Shown: positions 46,480-54,795 of the stretch, piece by piece
How positions within the stretch are numbered: position 1 is the stretch's first letter
Layout: the number at the start of each line of letters is the position of its first letter
Notes under the pieces: generated by a model
What the model saw: the letters and a program-made list of their open reading frames with translations, nothing else
Databases searched by the model: none
Told to the model about the DNA's origin: nothing
Assembly: GCA_963705165.1 (NCBI GenBank)
Contig: CAVPJD010000031.1
Location: forward strand, 34,819-98,818
Direction of reading: 5' to 3'
Length of the DNA stretch: 64,000 bases
Source of the DNA: an uncultured delta proteobacterium
GTDB lineage: Bacteria; Desulfobacterota; Syntrophia; Syntrophales; UBA2192
Translations under genes and position numbers: made by a program

Positions 46480-46778
46480 TCGGATGCATGTCTCCCCTGG
46501 ATGATCGAATATGCAATCTATTTATCGCTCCCCGTAATAATGCACAATTCGCAGAGAAAGCAATGCAGAGCATTGCCTTGGGTCATCGTCGCTCCTGCCC
46601 GGTGTCATGTCCCGGTCTTACCGTGAAATTCATATCCTCAATTGCCTACAATAAAGTTCTTATCGGTTCGAATCCAGAGATCAGGATATTCCTGATTGTG
46701 AATAACTGCACAATGCCGTACTATACTCTATGTGAGCACGATTCAAGGCCGATCACCCATTTGCAAAAGGAGGCACAT

Positions 46779-46919
46779 ATGAAAAAACTTGGCAAGAGCA
46801 TCGTCGCCATTTTGGCGATGATCGCCCTGATTGTGGGGCTGTCGGGCTGCGCGAAAGAAGGACCGTTGGAGAAGGCCGGCAAGAAAGTCGATAAGGCAGT
46901 AGAAGACATCAAGAAATAA
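46779..46919 (+). CDS. Small lipoprotein (46 aa)
   Basis: MKKLGKSIVAILAMIALIVGLSGCAKE... with AAAGGAGG RBS 6 nt upstream. The longer track ORF from 46449 runs through repeat sequence. Confidence 0.55.
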   Translation: MKKLGKSIVAILAMIALIVGLSGCAKEGPLEKAGKKVDKAVEDIKK

Positions 46920-47071
46920 CAGCCCTGGCAAAAAGACAGGCCAGGAACTAAGCCACCGCGATACCGGCCTTTCCCTATGTTTCTATGTTTCATGACAATG
47001 TGAGAGAACACATCGGTGTGTGAAGGGGGCGGGTCGCCCGAGAGGGACGTCATAGCGAGGAAGCGAATCCT

Positions 47072-47377
47072 ATGAATATTTCAGAATGGCTGGACAAAAA
47101 GGAAGCGGAAGGCGTTGACGTATCGCAAATCGTCGTGCCTGACGATCTGCTTTATGACGCCGTCCCCGATGAGGTTGTTTTTTTTCAGGTTGTGAATCAA
47201 TGCAGTATCCTCTGCTCAAAAAATCACCCCTTTTCCACCGTCGAGCGCTTCGGGCACTGGTACTATTGCAGGGGCCAGGACAAGAAAGCAGGCGTTCACG
47301 CAACGGGGATGGAGTGGCGGTTCTTCACGAAGAACAAAGACCTCGCCATTAAGACCGCCAAATCGCATATTGAATGA
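47072..47377 (+). CDS. Hypothetical protein (101 aa)
   Basis: ORF with GAGGAAG RBS. No family recognised. Confidence 0.5.
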   Translation: MNISEWLDKKEAEGVDVSQIVVPDDLLYDAVPDEVVFFQVVNQCSILCSKNHPFSTVERFGHWYYCRGQDKKAGVHATGMEWRFFTKNKDLAIKTAKSHIE

Positions 47378-47579
47378 CCTGTAAAATCGGGACCTGAGTT
47401 TACCAGGGATGTCAAGGCCAGGAAGTACTTCCTGTGTTCAATCAAGTGATGGGTTCGCTCCCGAGAGCCAGCACTTGACATCCTCCTTCCGATTTATTAG
47501 AACATACGCGTTGCCCCGTCGGTCCTATCCTATCCAACAAACCAACCCTGACATAACGGGGGGACTCAAGCTGATTATG

Positions 47580-47617
47580 AACCCTGATTTCGGTTGAAGG
47601 CGGGGTTTTATTTTGTT
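47580..47617 (+). terminator. Terminator-like hairpin about 20 nt upstream of the OMP start codon (possible attenuator)
   Basis: AACCCTG-atttcggttgaag-GCGGGGTT then TTATTTT. RBS GGGGAGG and ATG 47636 follow. Confidence 0.45.
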
Positions 47618-47635
47618 CACATCCGGGGAGGAAAA

Positions 47636-48286
47636 ATGAAAAAGCGATTCGGTTCAGCGGTGGTGTTATTTGTCTCCGTTTTCCTTTTACTGGCCCCTGT
47701 CAATTCGAGGGCTCAAGAGACGGGACCGTTTTACGCAGGTGTCTTCGGGGGTTATACGTTCAGCTCGGATGCGACGTGGACTTTTGTTTTTTACGACCAG
47801 TTCGCCGCAGATCTTCAGGAAACCTGGGTCCTGGGGGCAAAGTTCGGCTATACGCCGCCTGCGTTTAAATACTTCGCTGTGGAGCTGGAGTATTTTTACC
47901 TGAAGCACGATATCGACCGGTCGGCAGGATCATCTGTGAGCGTCGTAAGCGGCGATGCGACGCTGAACAATTTTATGGCGAATTTCCTGGTCAGATACCC
48001 TCAGGGGCGGATTCACCCGTACCTGGGCTTCGGTCTGGGTGTCTCCTCGGTTGACGTCTCCGGCACCAGAACGCAGCAGATTCTCGGCAGCACCGTTACG
48101 CAGCCGCTGAATGACAGCGACACATCCTTTGCTTACCAGATATTGCTCGGGGTTAATTTCGAGATCAACAAAAACTGGTCGGCAGATCTGACCTATCGAT
48201 GGTTCGGGACAGATCCGCAAATCCAAGGCGGTGACGTTGATTATACATCTAACATGATAACGGTTGGTGTGAATTATCACTTTTGA
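47636..48286 (+). CDS. Outer-membrane beta-barrel protein (OmpA-like TM / OMP_b-brl)
   Basis: Signal peptide ending NSRAQ. Alternating beta strands. C-terminal VGVNYHF. Confidence 0.8.
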   Translation: MKKRFGSAVVLFVSVFLLLAPVNSRAQETGPFYAGVFGGYTFSSDATWTFVFYDQFAADLQETWVLGAKFGYTPPAFKYFAVELEYFYLKHDIDRSAGSSVSVVSGDATLNNFMANFLVRYPQGRIHPYLGFGLGVSSVDVSGTRTQQILGSTVTQPLNDSDTSFAYQILLGVNFEINKNWSADLTYRWFGTDPQIQGGDVDYTSNMITVGVNYHF

Positions 48287-48308
48287 GACACCGGTCAGCA
48301 TCGGTTTA

Positions 48309-48337
48309 TGGGGGCCAGCAATGGCCCCCTTTTTTTA
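48309..48337 (+). terminator. Intrinsic terminator
   Basis: GGGGCCA-gcaa-TGGCCCC followed by a T7 run. Confidence 0.85.
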
Positions 48338-48493
48338 TTCACTTCAACGGCAACCCTTCATCGGGTATCATCCCGCCAGGCGGAGGACATGCAGGTGAAG
48401 TGCGCCATCGTGACTTATTTTGACACCGCCTGTATAGTCATGTATCGTTCAGGAGACAAGACGAGAAGATGAACTCAATCGACAGGTGCGGGC

Positions 48494-48691
48494 ATGACAG
48501 GAACCAATCGCGCAGAGATCAAAGTGGGCGCCCGTGTCAAGGTTGTCCAAAAGCAGGATCAGCGTTCGGGAAGACTGACCGAAGGCATCGTCCGGGATAT
48601 CCTCACCAAATCGGGCCTGCATCCCCACGGCATCAAGGTGCGTCTTGATAGCGGCGTCGTGGGCCGTGTCAAGGAAATCGTGGAAGGATAG
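48494..48691 (+). CDS. YwbE-family small protein (DUF2196)
   Basis: IKVGARVKVVQKQDQRSGRLTEGIVRDILTKSGLHPHGIKVRL matches the YwbE pattern. Confidence 0.8.
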   Translation: MTGTNRAEIKVGARVKVVQKQDQRSGRLTEGIVRDILTKSGLHPHGIKVRLDSGVVGRVKEIVEG

Positions 48692-48770
48692 CAATTGCCC
48701 TGCATGGACAGGACCCACCGCCTGCATAAATGAACTACACCGAAGCAAGCACGGGGTATCAAACAAGAAT

Positions 48771-48888
48771 GTCATGCCCGTGAAGCTTGTCCTCGCGAAG
48801 GCGGGGAACGGGGCATCCATCCTGGATTCCCTCTTTCGAGGGAATGACAAATTCGAAGCAAGCTTCGGGGTATTTACCCGCAGTGATT
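48771..48888. repeat. Family A composite repeat, inverted near-identical partner of 63352-63469
   Basis: The reverse complement of 48771-48870 equals 63371-63469 except for one extra C (99/100). About 18 more flanking nt are similar. Confidence 0.92.
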
Positions 48889-48975
48889 AAATTAGACAGA
48901 TTTACGCCTCCGCGGAAATGACGCTCATTCGAAGCGGGAATGACGGTATTGAACCCGCAGTGATTAAGGAGCTGA

Positions 48976-49443
48976 ATGCGGATCTTTATTGATGCAGATG
49001 CCTTTCCGAATGTGATCAAGGATGTGTTGATCAGGGCCTCGGCGCGCTTGAACGTGCCCCTGTGTTTTGTGGCCAATAAACCGATGAGGATCGAGGGGAA
49101 GGCAAACATTTCCATCATCGAGGTCCCTGCAGGAAGCGATGTGGCCGATGATCGCATCGCCGAGCTTGTGCAACCGGGCGACCTGGTGATTACCGCCGAT
49201 ATCCCGCTTGCCGACCGGGTGATTACCAAAGGAGCTTTTGCGCTCGACCCCAGGGGCAAACTTTATACGCAGGAAAATATCAAGAACAGCCTGGCCATGC
49301 GCGGACTGTTCAAAGAGCTGCGAGACGGCGGCATGATTTCGGGCGGCCCGGCGACATTCAGCAAAATAGACCGCCAGACGTTCGCGAACCGGCTGGATCG
49401 GTTCCTGACCGGGCATGTGAAAATCGAAAACGGCAAGACGTAA
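48976..49443 (+). CDS. YaiI/YqxD-family protein (UPF0178)
   Basis: MRIFIDADAFPNVIKDVL...GDLVITADIPLADRV. AAGGAG RBS. Confidence 0.85.
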   Translation: MRIFIDADAFPNVIKDVLIRASARLNVPLCFVANKPMRIEGKANISIIEVPAGSDVADDRIAELVQPGDLVITADIPLADRVITKGAFALDPRGKLYTQENIKNSLAMRGLFKELRDGGMISGGPATFSKIDRQTFANRLDRFLTGHVKIENGKT

Positions 49444-49487
49444 ACGGAACGGGGTCCGCGGTACAGGCAAGCATCCGTTTTCTGCAT

Positions 49488-49522
49488 AAAAAAAGCTCCC
49501 CCAATGCAGGGGGAGCTCTTTA
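49488..49522 (+). terminator. Intrinsic terminator
   Basis: aaaaaAGCTCCCCC-aatgca-GGGGGAGCTcttt. Confidence 0.75.
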
Positions 49523-49534
49523 GAGGCAAAGTAA

Positions 49535-49562
49535 AATTGCTGGCACCAAGGTGCCAGCAATT
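49535..49562. other. Perfect 12-bp hairpin between convergent genes
   Basis: AATTGCTGGCAC-caag-GTGCCAGCAATT. Confidence 0.6.
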
Positions 49563-49658
49563 TAGAAACTCAAGGAATTGTATGATCTGTTATTATGCTC
49601 GGTTTACCCCGCAGCAAGCTGCGGGGTAAGCGCGTGCAATCGTTTTGAACCTCAGGTC

Positions 49659-49859
49659 TTACAGCTTGCGAACATCCGCTGCTGCCGGACCCTTGGGGCC
49701 TGCGACAACATCAAAGCTTACCCGGTCACCCTCTGCCAAGGACTTGAAGCCCTCTGCCTGGATGGCGGAATGATGAACAAATACGTCCTTGCCACCGTCC
49801 TGCTCGATAAAGCCAAAACCCTTCGAATCATTGAACCACTTCACTTTTCCTTCAAACAT
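49659..49859 (-). CDS. Cold-shock protein (CspA family)
   Basis: [31 protein letters not shown]: RNP1/RNP2 motifs. 66 aa. AAGGAG RBS. Confidence 0.95.
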   Translation of the reverse strand: MFEGKVKWFNDSKGFGFIEQDGGKDVFVHHSAIQAEGFKSLAEGDRVSFDVVAGPKGPAAADVRKL

Positions 49860-50216
49860 CTTTTACTACTCCTTTGTGTTGGGTTCCTCTTGGGAACCAT
49901 TAAATTATGCCGAATACTTCGGCTGGCAGCCTGTTTTTGCGCACAAAAAAACCGCACTTGCCATTTCTGCTGGTTTGTGCGGTCTACTTTTCTGTACTTT
50001 GTTGATTTACAAAAACGTACTGCACTTCAAGTAATGTGGATAATAAACGATCTTTTGCGGAAATGCAAGGTATTTTTTAAAAAAAGAACTTATCCTTTAC
50101 AAAAGCGGGCAATGCCGGTAGGCAGAGGGCGGGAATGTCTCTGGTTTCCCTGCAGGGTCGGGTCTTGACCAGGCGGCGCCCCCCGAACGGACAGGCTTAT
50201 ACACAGGCGAGATCAT

Positions 50217-52130
50217 ATGGGACTCATCTGGATCAATGAGGTTTCGGTCAGCTTCGGCGGGCCGCGGCTGCTGGACGGTGCTACGCTCCAGATCGAGGCG
50301 GGCGAACGAATCGGGCTTTTGGGCCGGAACGGTTCGGGCAAGTCCACCCTCATGAAACTGCTGATGGGCGATATCGCCCCGGATACCGGCGAAATCATCC
50401 GAAGCGGTGAGATCCGGATCGCCATGCTGCCCCAGGACGTTCCCGACGATCTGCCGGGGACGATCTATGATGTTGTGGCCTCCGGTGGCCGGGAACACCT
50501 GGAGCTGCTCCGGGAATACCACGATCTCACCCTGCAGATGTCCCGGGCAGGCGATGACGGCCTGCTGAAAAAGCTCGAACGGGTTCAGCACCGGCTGGAG
50601 ACCTCCGGCGCCTGGCGTTATCATCAACGGGTGGAAATGGTGATCGCCCGGACCGACCTGGACGAGAATGCCGAGTTCCGGATCCTGTCGGCGGGAATGA
50701 AACGCCGGGTTTTTCTGGCCAAGTCCCTGGTGAACGACCCGGATCTGCTGCTCCTGGACGAGCCCACAAACCACCTGGACATCGACGCCATCCTCTGGCT
50801 CGAGGATTTCCTCCTGAAGTTCGAGAAGACTCTCATGCTCGTGACCCATGATCGGGCGTTTCTCCAGCGACTGGCGACACGTATCGTGGAGATCGATCGG
50901 GGTCGCCTGCTGTCGTTTCCCTGCGATTACGGCACGTACCTCGAACGCCGTCAGGGCCTGCTGGAGGCGCAGGAAAAGCAATGGCAGGAATTTGACAAGA
51001 AACTGGCCAGGGAGGAGACCTGGGTCCGGCAAGGAATCAAGGCCCGTCGCACTCGCAACGAGGGCCGGGTGCGGGCGCTGGTGCAGATGCGCCGGGAGCG
51101 GGCACACAGGCAGGAGCAGACGGGCAATGTCCGGCTGACGATCCAGGAAGCGGAACGCAGCGGCAGATTTGTCGTGGAAGCGGAAAAGATTCACTTCGCC
51201 TTCGGCGATCACAAGATCGTGGAAGGGTTCTCCACCGCGATCATCCGCGGCGACAAGGTGGGCATTATCGGGCCCAACGGCTCGGGCAAGACCACGCTGC
51301 TCAAGCTCCTTCTCGGAGAACTGGAACCGCAACAGGGCAGGATCCGCCTGGGGAACGGAATCCGGATCGCCTACTTTGACCAGCTCCGCGCCCAGCTCGA
51401 CGAAAAAGGGACCCTGAAGGATAATATCGCCGATGGCAACGACATGGTCATCGTGGGCGGCGTCTCGCGGCACGTAGCGGGCTATCTCCAGGATTTTCTT
51501 TTTCCGCCGGATCAAATCCTGTCGCCGGTCAGCTCCCTGTCGGGCGGTGAGCGCAATCGCCTCCTCCTGGCGAAACTCTTCATCGTCCCCTCCAATGTCC
51601 TGGTCCTGGATGAGCCGACCAATGACCTCGATACCGAAACGCTCGAACTCCTCGAAGACCGGCTCCTGGAATACAGCGGCACGATCCTCATGGTCAGTCA
51701 TGACCGCGCGTTCCTCAATAACGTGGTGACCTCAACGATTGTCTTCGAAGGCAAGGGGCTCCTGCAGGAATACGTGGGCGGCTATGACGACTGGCTCCGG
51801 CAGCGGACAGTACCGGATGAGTCGTTGAAGACGGCATCGAAGGACCAGAAACAGAAGAAGGACAAACCCCCGAAAGAAAAGCAGAAGCTGTCCTATAAAG
51901 AGACGCGGGAGCTGGCGGAGCTTCCGCTGCAGATCGAAGCCCTGGAGCAGGAGAAGGAGCGCCTGCTGGAGACCCTGAATTCTCCCGCATTCTATGCGAG
52001 CAGGGACGCGGTTGAAATAAAAACGGCCAGCGACCGGCTGAAGGCCCTGGAAGAGGAACTGGACAGTGCCTACGGCCGCTGGGACGAGTTGGAGAGCCTG
52101 GCTGCAAAATTTAGCGGCGAACCGGGATGA
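50217..52130 (+). CDS. uup: ABC-F family ATPase (Uup-like)
   Basis: Two ABC cassettes (GRNGSGKST, GPNGSGKTT; LSAGMKRR, LSGGERNR) and a C-terminal coiled coil. No TM domain. Confidence 0.88.
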   Translation: MGLIWINEVSVSFGGPRLLDGATLQIEAGERIGLLGRNGSGKSTLMKLLMGDIAPDTGEIIRSGEIRIAMLPQDVPDDLPGTIYDVVASGGREHLELLREYHDLTLQMSRAGDDGLLKKLERVQHRLETSGAWRYHQRVEMVIARTDLDENAEFRILSAGMKRRVFLAKSLVNDPDLLLLDEPTNHLDIDAILWLEDFLLKFEKTLMLVTHDRAFLQRLATRIVEIDRGRLLSFPCDYGTYLERRQGLLEAQEKQWQEFDKKLAREETWVRQGIKARRTRNEGRVRALVQMRRERAHRQEQTGNVRLTIQEAERSGRFVVEAEKIHFAFGDHKIVEGFSTAIIRGDKVGIIGPNGSGKTTLLKLLLGELEPQQGRIRLGNGIRIAYFDQLRAQLDEKGTLKDNIADGNDMVIVGGVSRHVAGYLQDFLFPPDQILSPVSSLSGGERNRLLLAKLFIVPSNVLVLDEPTNDLDTETLELLEDRLLEYSGTILMVSHDRAFLNNVVTSTIVFEGKGLLQEYVGGYDDWLRQRTVPDESLKTASKDQKQKKDKPPKEKQKLSYKETRELAELPLQIEALEQEKERLLETLNSPAFYASRDAVEIKTASDRLKALEEELDSAYGRWDELESLAAKFSGEPG

Positions 52131-52145
52131 CGGCGGGATTGTTCA

Positions 52146-52418
52146 ATGCGTGAATCGTGGAAGACCTATCTCCTTCTCTGCGCCGACGGGAAGATCTACT
52201 GCGGCGTCACCAACGATATGGAAAAGAGGCTCGATGCCCACAACCGGGGCGTAGCCTCCCGGTTCACCCGGGGGCGGCTGCCCGTGACGCTGCTGGCGAC
52301 AAGCAGGGCCATGGGAAAGGCCGAGGCCTTCCGGCTGGAATACAGGATCAAGCGGCTCCCGAAAAAAAAGAAACTGGCGGCGCTTACTTCCGCACAACGC
52401 CGTCCTCGAAAAAGATAA
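52146..52418 (+). CDS. GIY-YIG nuclease-family small protein (UPF0213)
   Basis: YLLLCADGKIYCGVTNDMEKRLDAHN. 90 aa. Confidence 0.85.
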   Translation: MRESWKTYLLLCADGKIYCGVTNDMEKRLDAHNRGVASRFTRGRLPVTLLATSRAMGKAEAFRLEYRIKRLPKKKKLAALTSAQRRPRKR

Positions 52419-52457
52419 ATGTCCGAAATGATTACGACTGCGACAAGACATCTTAAT

Positions 52458-52523
52458 TTGTCATTCTCGCGAACGCGGGAATCCAGTCAGGGATGGATGC
52501 CGGATCCAGTCCGGCATGACATC
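52458..52523. repeat. MITE-like double-hairpin repeat, family A
   Basis: ttgtcattctcgcgaacgcgggaatccagtcagggatggatgccggatccagtccggcatgacatc. Confidence 0.75.
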
Positions 52524-52711
52524 TTTTACATTTTACTTGCCGGAGTAATAACGGCATCGGACGGTGGAACGTTCGCGGTCAAGACGTCAACCTTGACGGA
52601 TCCTCGCAGGCAAACGACGGGGTCTGACTGAAGTATTGACATTTGCCCTGCTTCGATGTGTAACTATCGATGCTGACCCCGGCAGACGTGAGTCAGGAAA
52701 GGAGCAAGAGC

Positions 52712-53281
52712 ATGAAGAAATTGATTTGGATCGTACTAATGCTGTCGTTGTGCGCAGGCCCGGCGTTTGCGCAAGAAGCCGGCAAGGGAAACCCGACCGT
52801 CGTGATCAAAACCAGCAAGGGTGTGATCGAGGCCGTGCTATTCAGGGACAAGGCGCCCATCACGGTTGATAATTTCATGAAATATGTCGATTCCGCATTC
52901 TACACCGGAACCATCTTTCACCGGGTGATCAGCGGCTTCATGATCCAGGGCGGGGGCTTTGACCGCTACTTCACACAGAAGCCCACCCGGCCGCCGATCA
53001 AGAACGAGGCCGCCAACGGTCTGAAGAACGAGCGAGGCACGCTGGCCATGGCCCGCACGTCGGCGGTGGATTCGGCTACCGCACAGTTCTTCATCAACCT
53101 GAAAAATAACGCCATGCTCGACCACGGCTCCCGTGATTATGGCTACGCGGTATTCGGCAAGGTCACCAAGGGCATGGAAGTGGTTGACGCAATCGCCAGT
53201 GTACAGACCGGGCCGCAGGGTCCGTTCGATTCGGACGTCCCCCGCACCGCCGTGATCATCGAATCGATTCGGGTGAAGTAG
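52712..53281 (+). CDS. ppiA: Periplasmic cyclophilin-type peptidyl-prolyl isomerase
   Basis: Signal peptide MKKLIWIVLMLSLCAGPAFA. FHRVISGFMIQGGGF, GTLAMAR, SATAQFFINL. Confidence 0.92.
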   Translation: MKKLIWIVLMLSLCAGPAFAQEAGKGNPTVVIKTSKGVIEAVLFRDKAPITVDNFMKYVDSAFYTGTIFHRVISGFMIQGGGFDRYFTQKPTRPPIKNEAANGLKNERGTLAMARTSAVDSATAQFFINLKNNAMLDHGSRDYGYAVFGKVTKGMEVVDAIASVQTGPQGPFDSDVPRTAVIIESIRVK

Positions 53282-53302
53282 GCGAATAGGAGGGAGGTTC
53301 CC

Positions 53303-53737
53303 GTGGCGAGAATCGGAATCATGACATGCTCGAATGCCGTGCAGGAGCTGGGCTGTTCATCTGCAGTCTGCCTGGCGGACATGCGGAAACGAAAAGGCGC
53401 TTTTGCCGATTACCCGAAAGACGAACCCGTCGACCTAGTCGGCATGATCAGTTGCCCGGGATGCCCGACCCTCGTCGGCGAAGACAAGCTGCTTTCGCGA
53501 ATCCGGGCACTTACCGAGTTCAGGGTGGACGTGATTCACTTCTCCAATTGCGTAACGGAGCTCTGCCCGTTCAAGAACAAGTATAAGAACGCTTTGGAGG
53601 CCGCTTACCCGAAGGTCAGGATCCGGCTCGGCACGCACCAGGACGTGATTACCGAGGAGGAGTTCAGGTCGCGCGTGAAGAAGCTCTTCGGTCAGGAAAG
53701 GAAAACGATGGTCGACGTGATCCTGGGAAGGGATTGA
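53303..53737 (+). CDS. CGGC-domain protein
   Basis: GTG start after AGGAGGGAGG. IGIMTCSNAVQELGCSSAVCL...ISCPGCP cysteine pattern. Confidence 0.72.
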   Translation: MARIGIMTCSNAVQELGCSSAVCLADMRKRKGAFADYPKDEPVDLVGMISCPGCPTLVGEDKLLSRIRALTEFRVDVIHFSNCVTELCPFKNKYKNALEAAYPKVRIRLGTHQDVITEEEFRSRVKKLFGQERKTMVDVILGRD

Positions 53738-53768
53738 TTGACAGCACCACAGAAACCAGGAGGACGAC

Positions 53769-54053
53769 ATGGTGATCATTACGAGCAAATATGTGAAACC
53801 GCTGGACGTGATCGATTCGCTGCTGGCCGATCATCGAAAGTTCCTGAAGGAGTGTTACGCCCAGTCGAAGTTCATCTGCTCGGGGCCCCAGAACCCGAGG
53901 GTCGGCGGGGCGATCCTTGCCAACGTCGGCATGGACGAGGCGCAGGAGATCATGAGCAAGGACCCCTTCACGATCCACGGGGCCGCGGAGTATTCCTTCA
54001 TAGAGTTCACCCCCGGCTCGTATGACGAGCGCTTTGCGTGCTTCGTGAAATAA
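53769..54053 (+). CDS. YciI-family protein
   Basis: 94 aa. LLADHRKFL...GPQNPRVGGAILANV...DPF pattern. AGGAGG RBS. Confidence 0.78.
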   Translation: MVIITSKYVKPLDVIDSLLADHRKFLKECYAQSKFICSGPQNPRVGGAILANVGMDEAQEIMSKDPFTIHGAAEYSFIEFTPGSYDERFACFVK

Positions 54054-54079
54054 GGAAATCGCGAACGGAGTAACAGCGA

Positions 54080-54490
54080 ATGATGACAAATGAGAAAGCG
54101 AGGGAGTTTGCCTCCCGGTGGCTGCCTGCTTGGACGGGCAACGAGCCGGAGAAACTGGCGGCGTTCTATTCCGATGACGCCTTTTACCTCGACCCCGCCG
54201 TGCCCGGAGGGATCCAGGGAAAGGACCCTCTGCTTGCCTACTTCCGGAAGCTTCTGGCTCAGAACCCGGACTGGGTCTGGACCCAGATCGAAGCGATCCC
54301 GATGGAAGGCGGGTTTCTGAACAAGTGGCTGGCCCGGATACCCATCGGGGATAAAATCGTCGAGTGCATCGGTGTTTGTTTCGTGCAGTTCGACGACCGG
54401 GGGAAAATCAGGCGCAACGAGGTATACTTTGACCGGACCCAGATGATGCTGGAGATGTCCAGATTAAGACAGGTCAAGAAGGTTGGCTGA
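54080..54490 (+). CDS. SnoaL/NTF2-like domain protein
   Basis: FASRWLPAWTGNEPEKLAAFYSDDAFYLDP is a typical NTF2-like N-terminus. 136 aa. Confidence 0.72.
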   Translation: MMTNEKAREFASRWLPAWTGNEPEKLAAFYSDDAFYLDPAVPGGIQGKDPLLAYFRKLLAQNPDWVWTQIEAIPMEGGFLNKWLARIPIGDKIVECIGVCFVQFDDRGKIRRNEVYFDRTQMMLEMSRLRQVKKVG

Positions 54491-54499
54491 CACGACCAT

Positions 54500-54578
54500 C
54501 GAGTTCACGGAACCCTTCGAGCTGGCGCTGCGGCTCATGGAGGAAACACATCGGCACGTCTTCGTCACGGGCCGCGCC
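54500..54578 (+). pseudogene. Remnant 5' fragment of a PIF1/RecD-like helicase gene
   Basis: 71/79 nt identical to 56290-56368. Encodes IEFTEPFELALRLMEETHRHVFVTGRA and breaks inside the Walker A motif, where a GGGGTCAGG-type element begins. No start codon. Confidence 0.75.
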
Positions 54579-54598
54579 CCCGGTCAAGACATGACCCC
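54577..54598. repeat. GGGGTCAGG-type element, short form (left end of cassette)
   Basis: cccccGGTCAagacaTGACCcc. Confidence 0.75.
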
Positions 54599-54795
54599 AT
54601 ATACCGCACTTTCCTGCTATTTCGGCCAGCTGACAAAACCCGCCTAATACTATTTTCGTAGTTAAAATTCATACCGGACGCTTATTGTAAATCTCCTATG
54701 CCTGGCATAAGAAGTATTCGCACGTCCTTAAGTGCCGGGCAGATGTCATGTTTCAAGTCAGACCACGGTCTTAAGCCCAAATGGGAGGTCTCCAG

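Noticed and set aside
38000-48400. Classical integron cassette array
   Set aside because: Cassette-like modularity is present. However, there is no intI-type integrase adjacent and no attI, and the inter-gene elements lack the RYYYAAC / GTTRRRY core sites of attC. Kept only as an analogy in the findings.
49535-49562. Sigma54 promoter (TGGCAC-N5-TGCC)
   Set aside because: The match is created by a perfect palindrome lying between two convergent gene ends, and the -12 element is TGCC rather than TTGC. It is more simply a hairpin or terminator.
49604-49629. Rho-independent terminator of the cold-shock gene
   Set aside because: The hairpin TTACCCCGCAGC..GCTGCGGGGTAA has almost no loop and no T tract on the minus strand. 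It resembles the CCCCGNAGCNNGCTNCGGGG repeat also seen at 63484-63502 and 48855-48870, so it is more likely another small repeat.
50097-51701. 534-aa minus-strand ORF antisense to uup
   Set aside because: Shadow ORF of the ABC-F gene.
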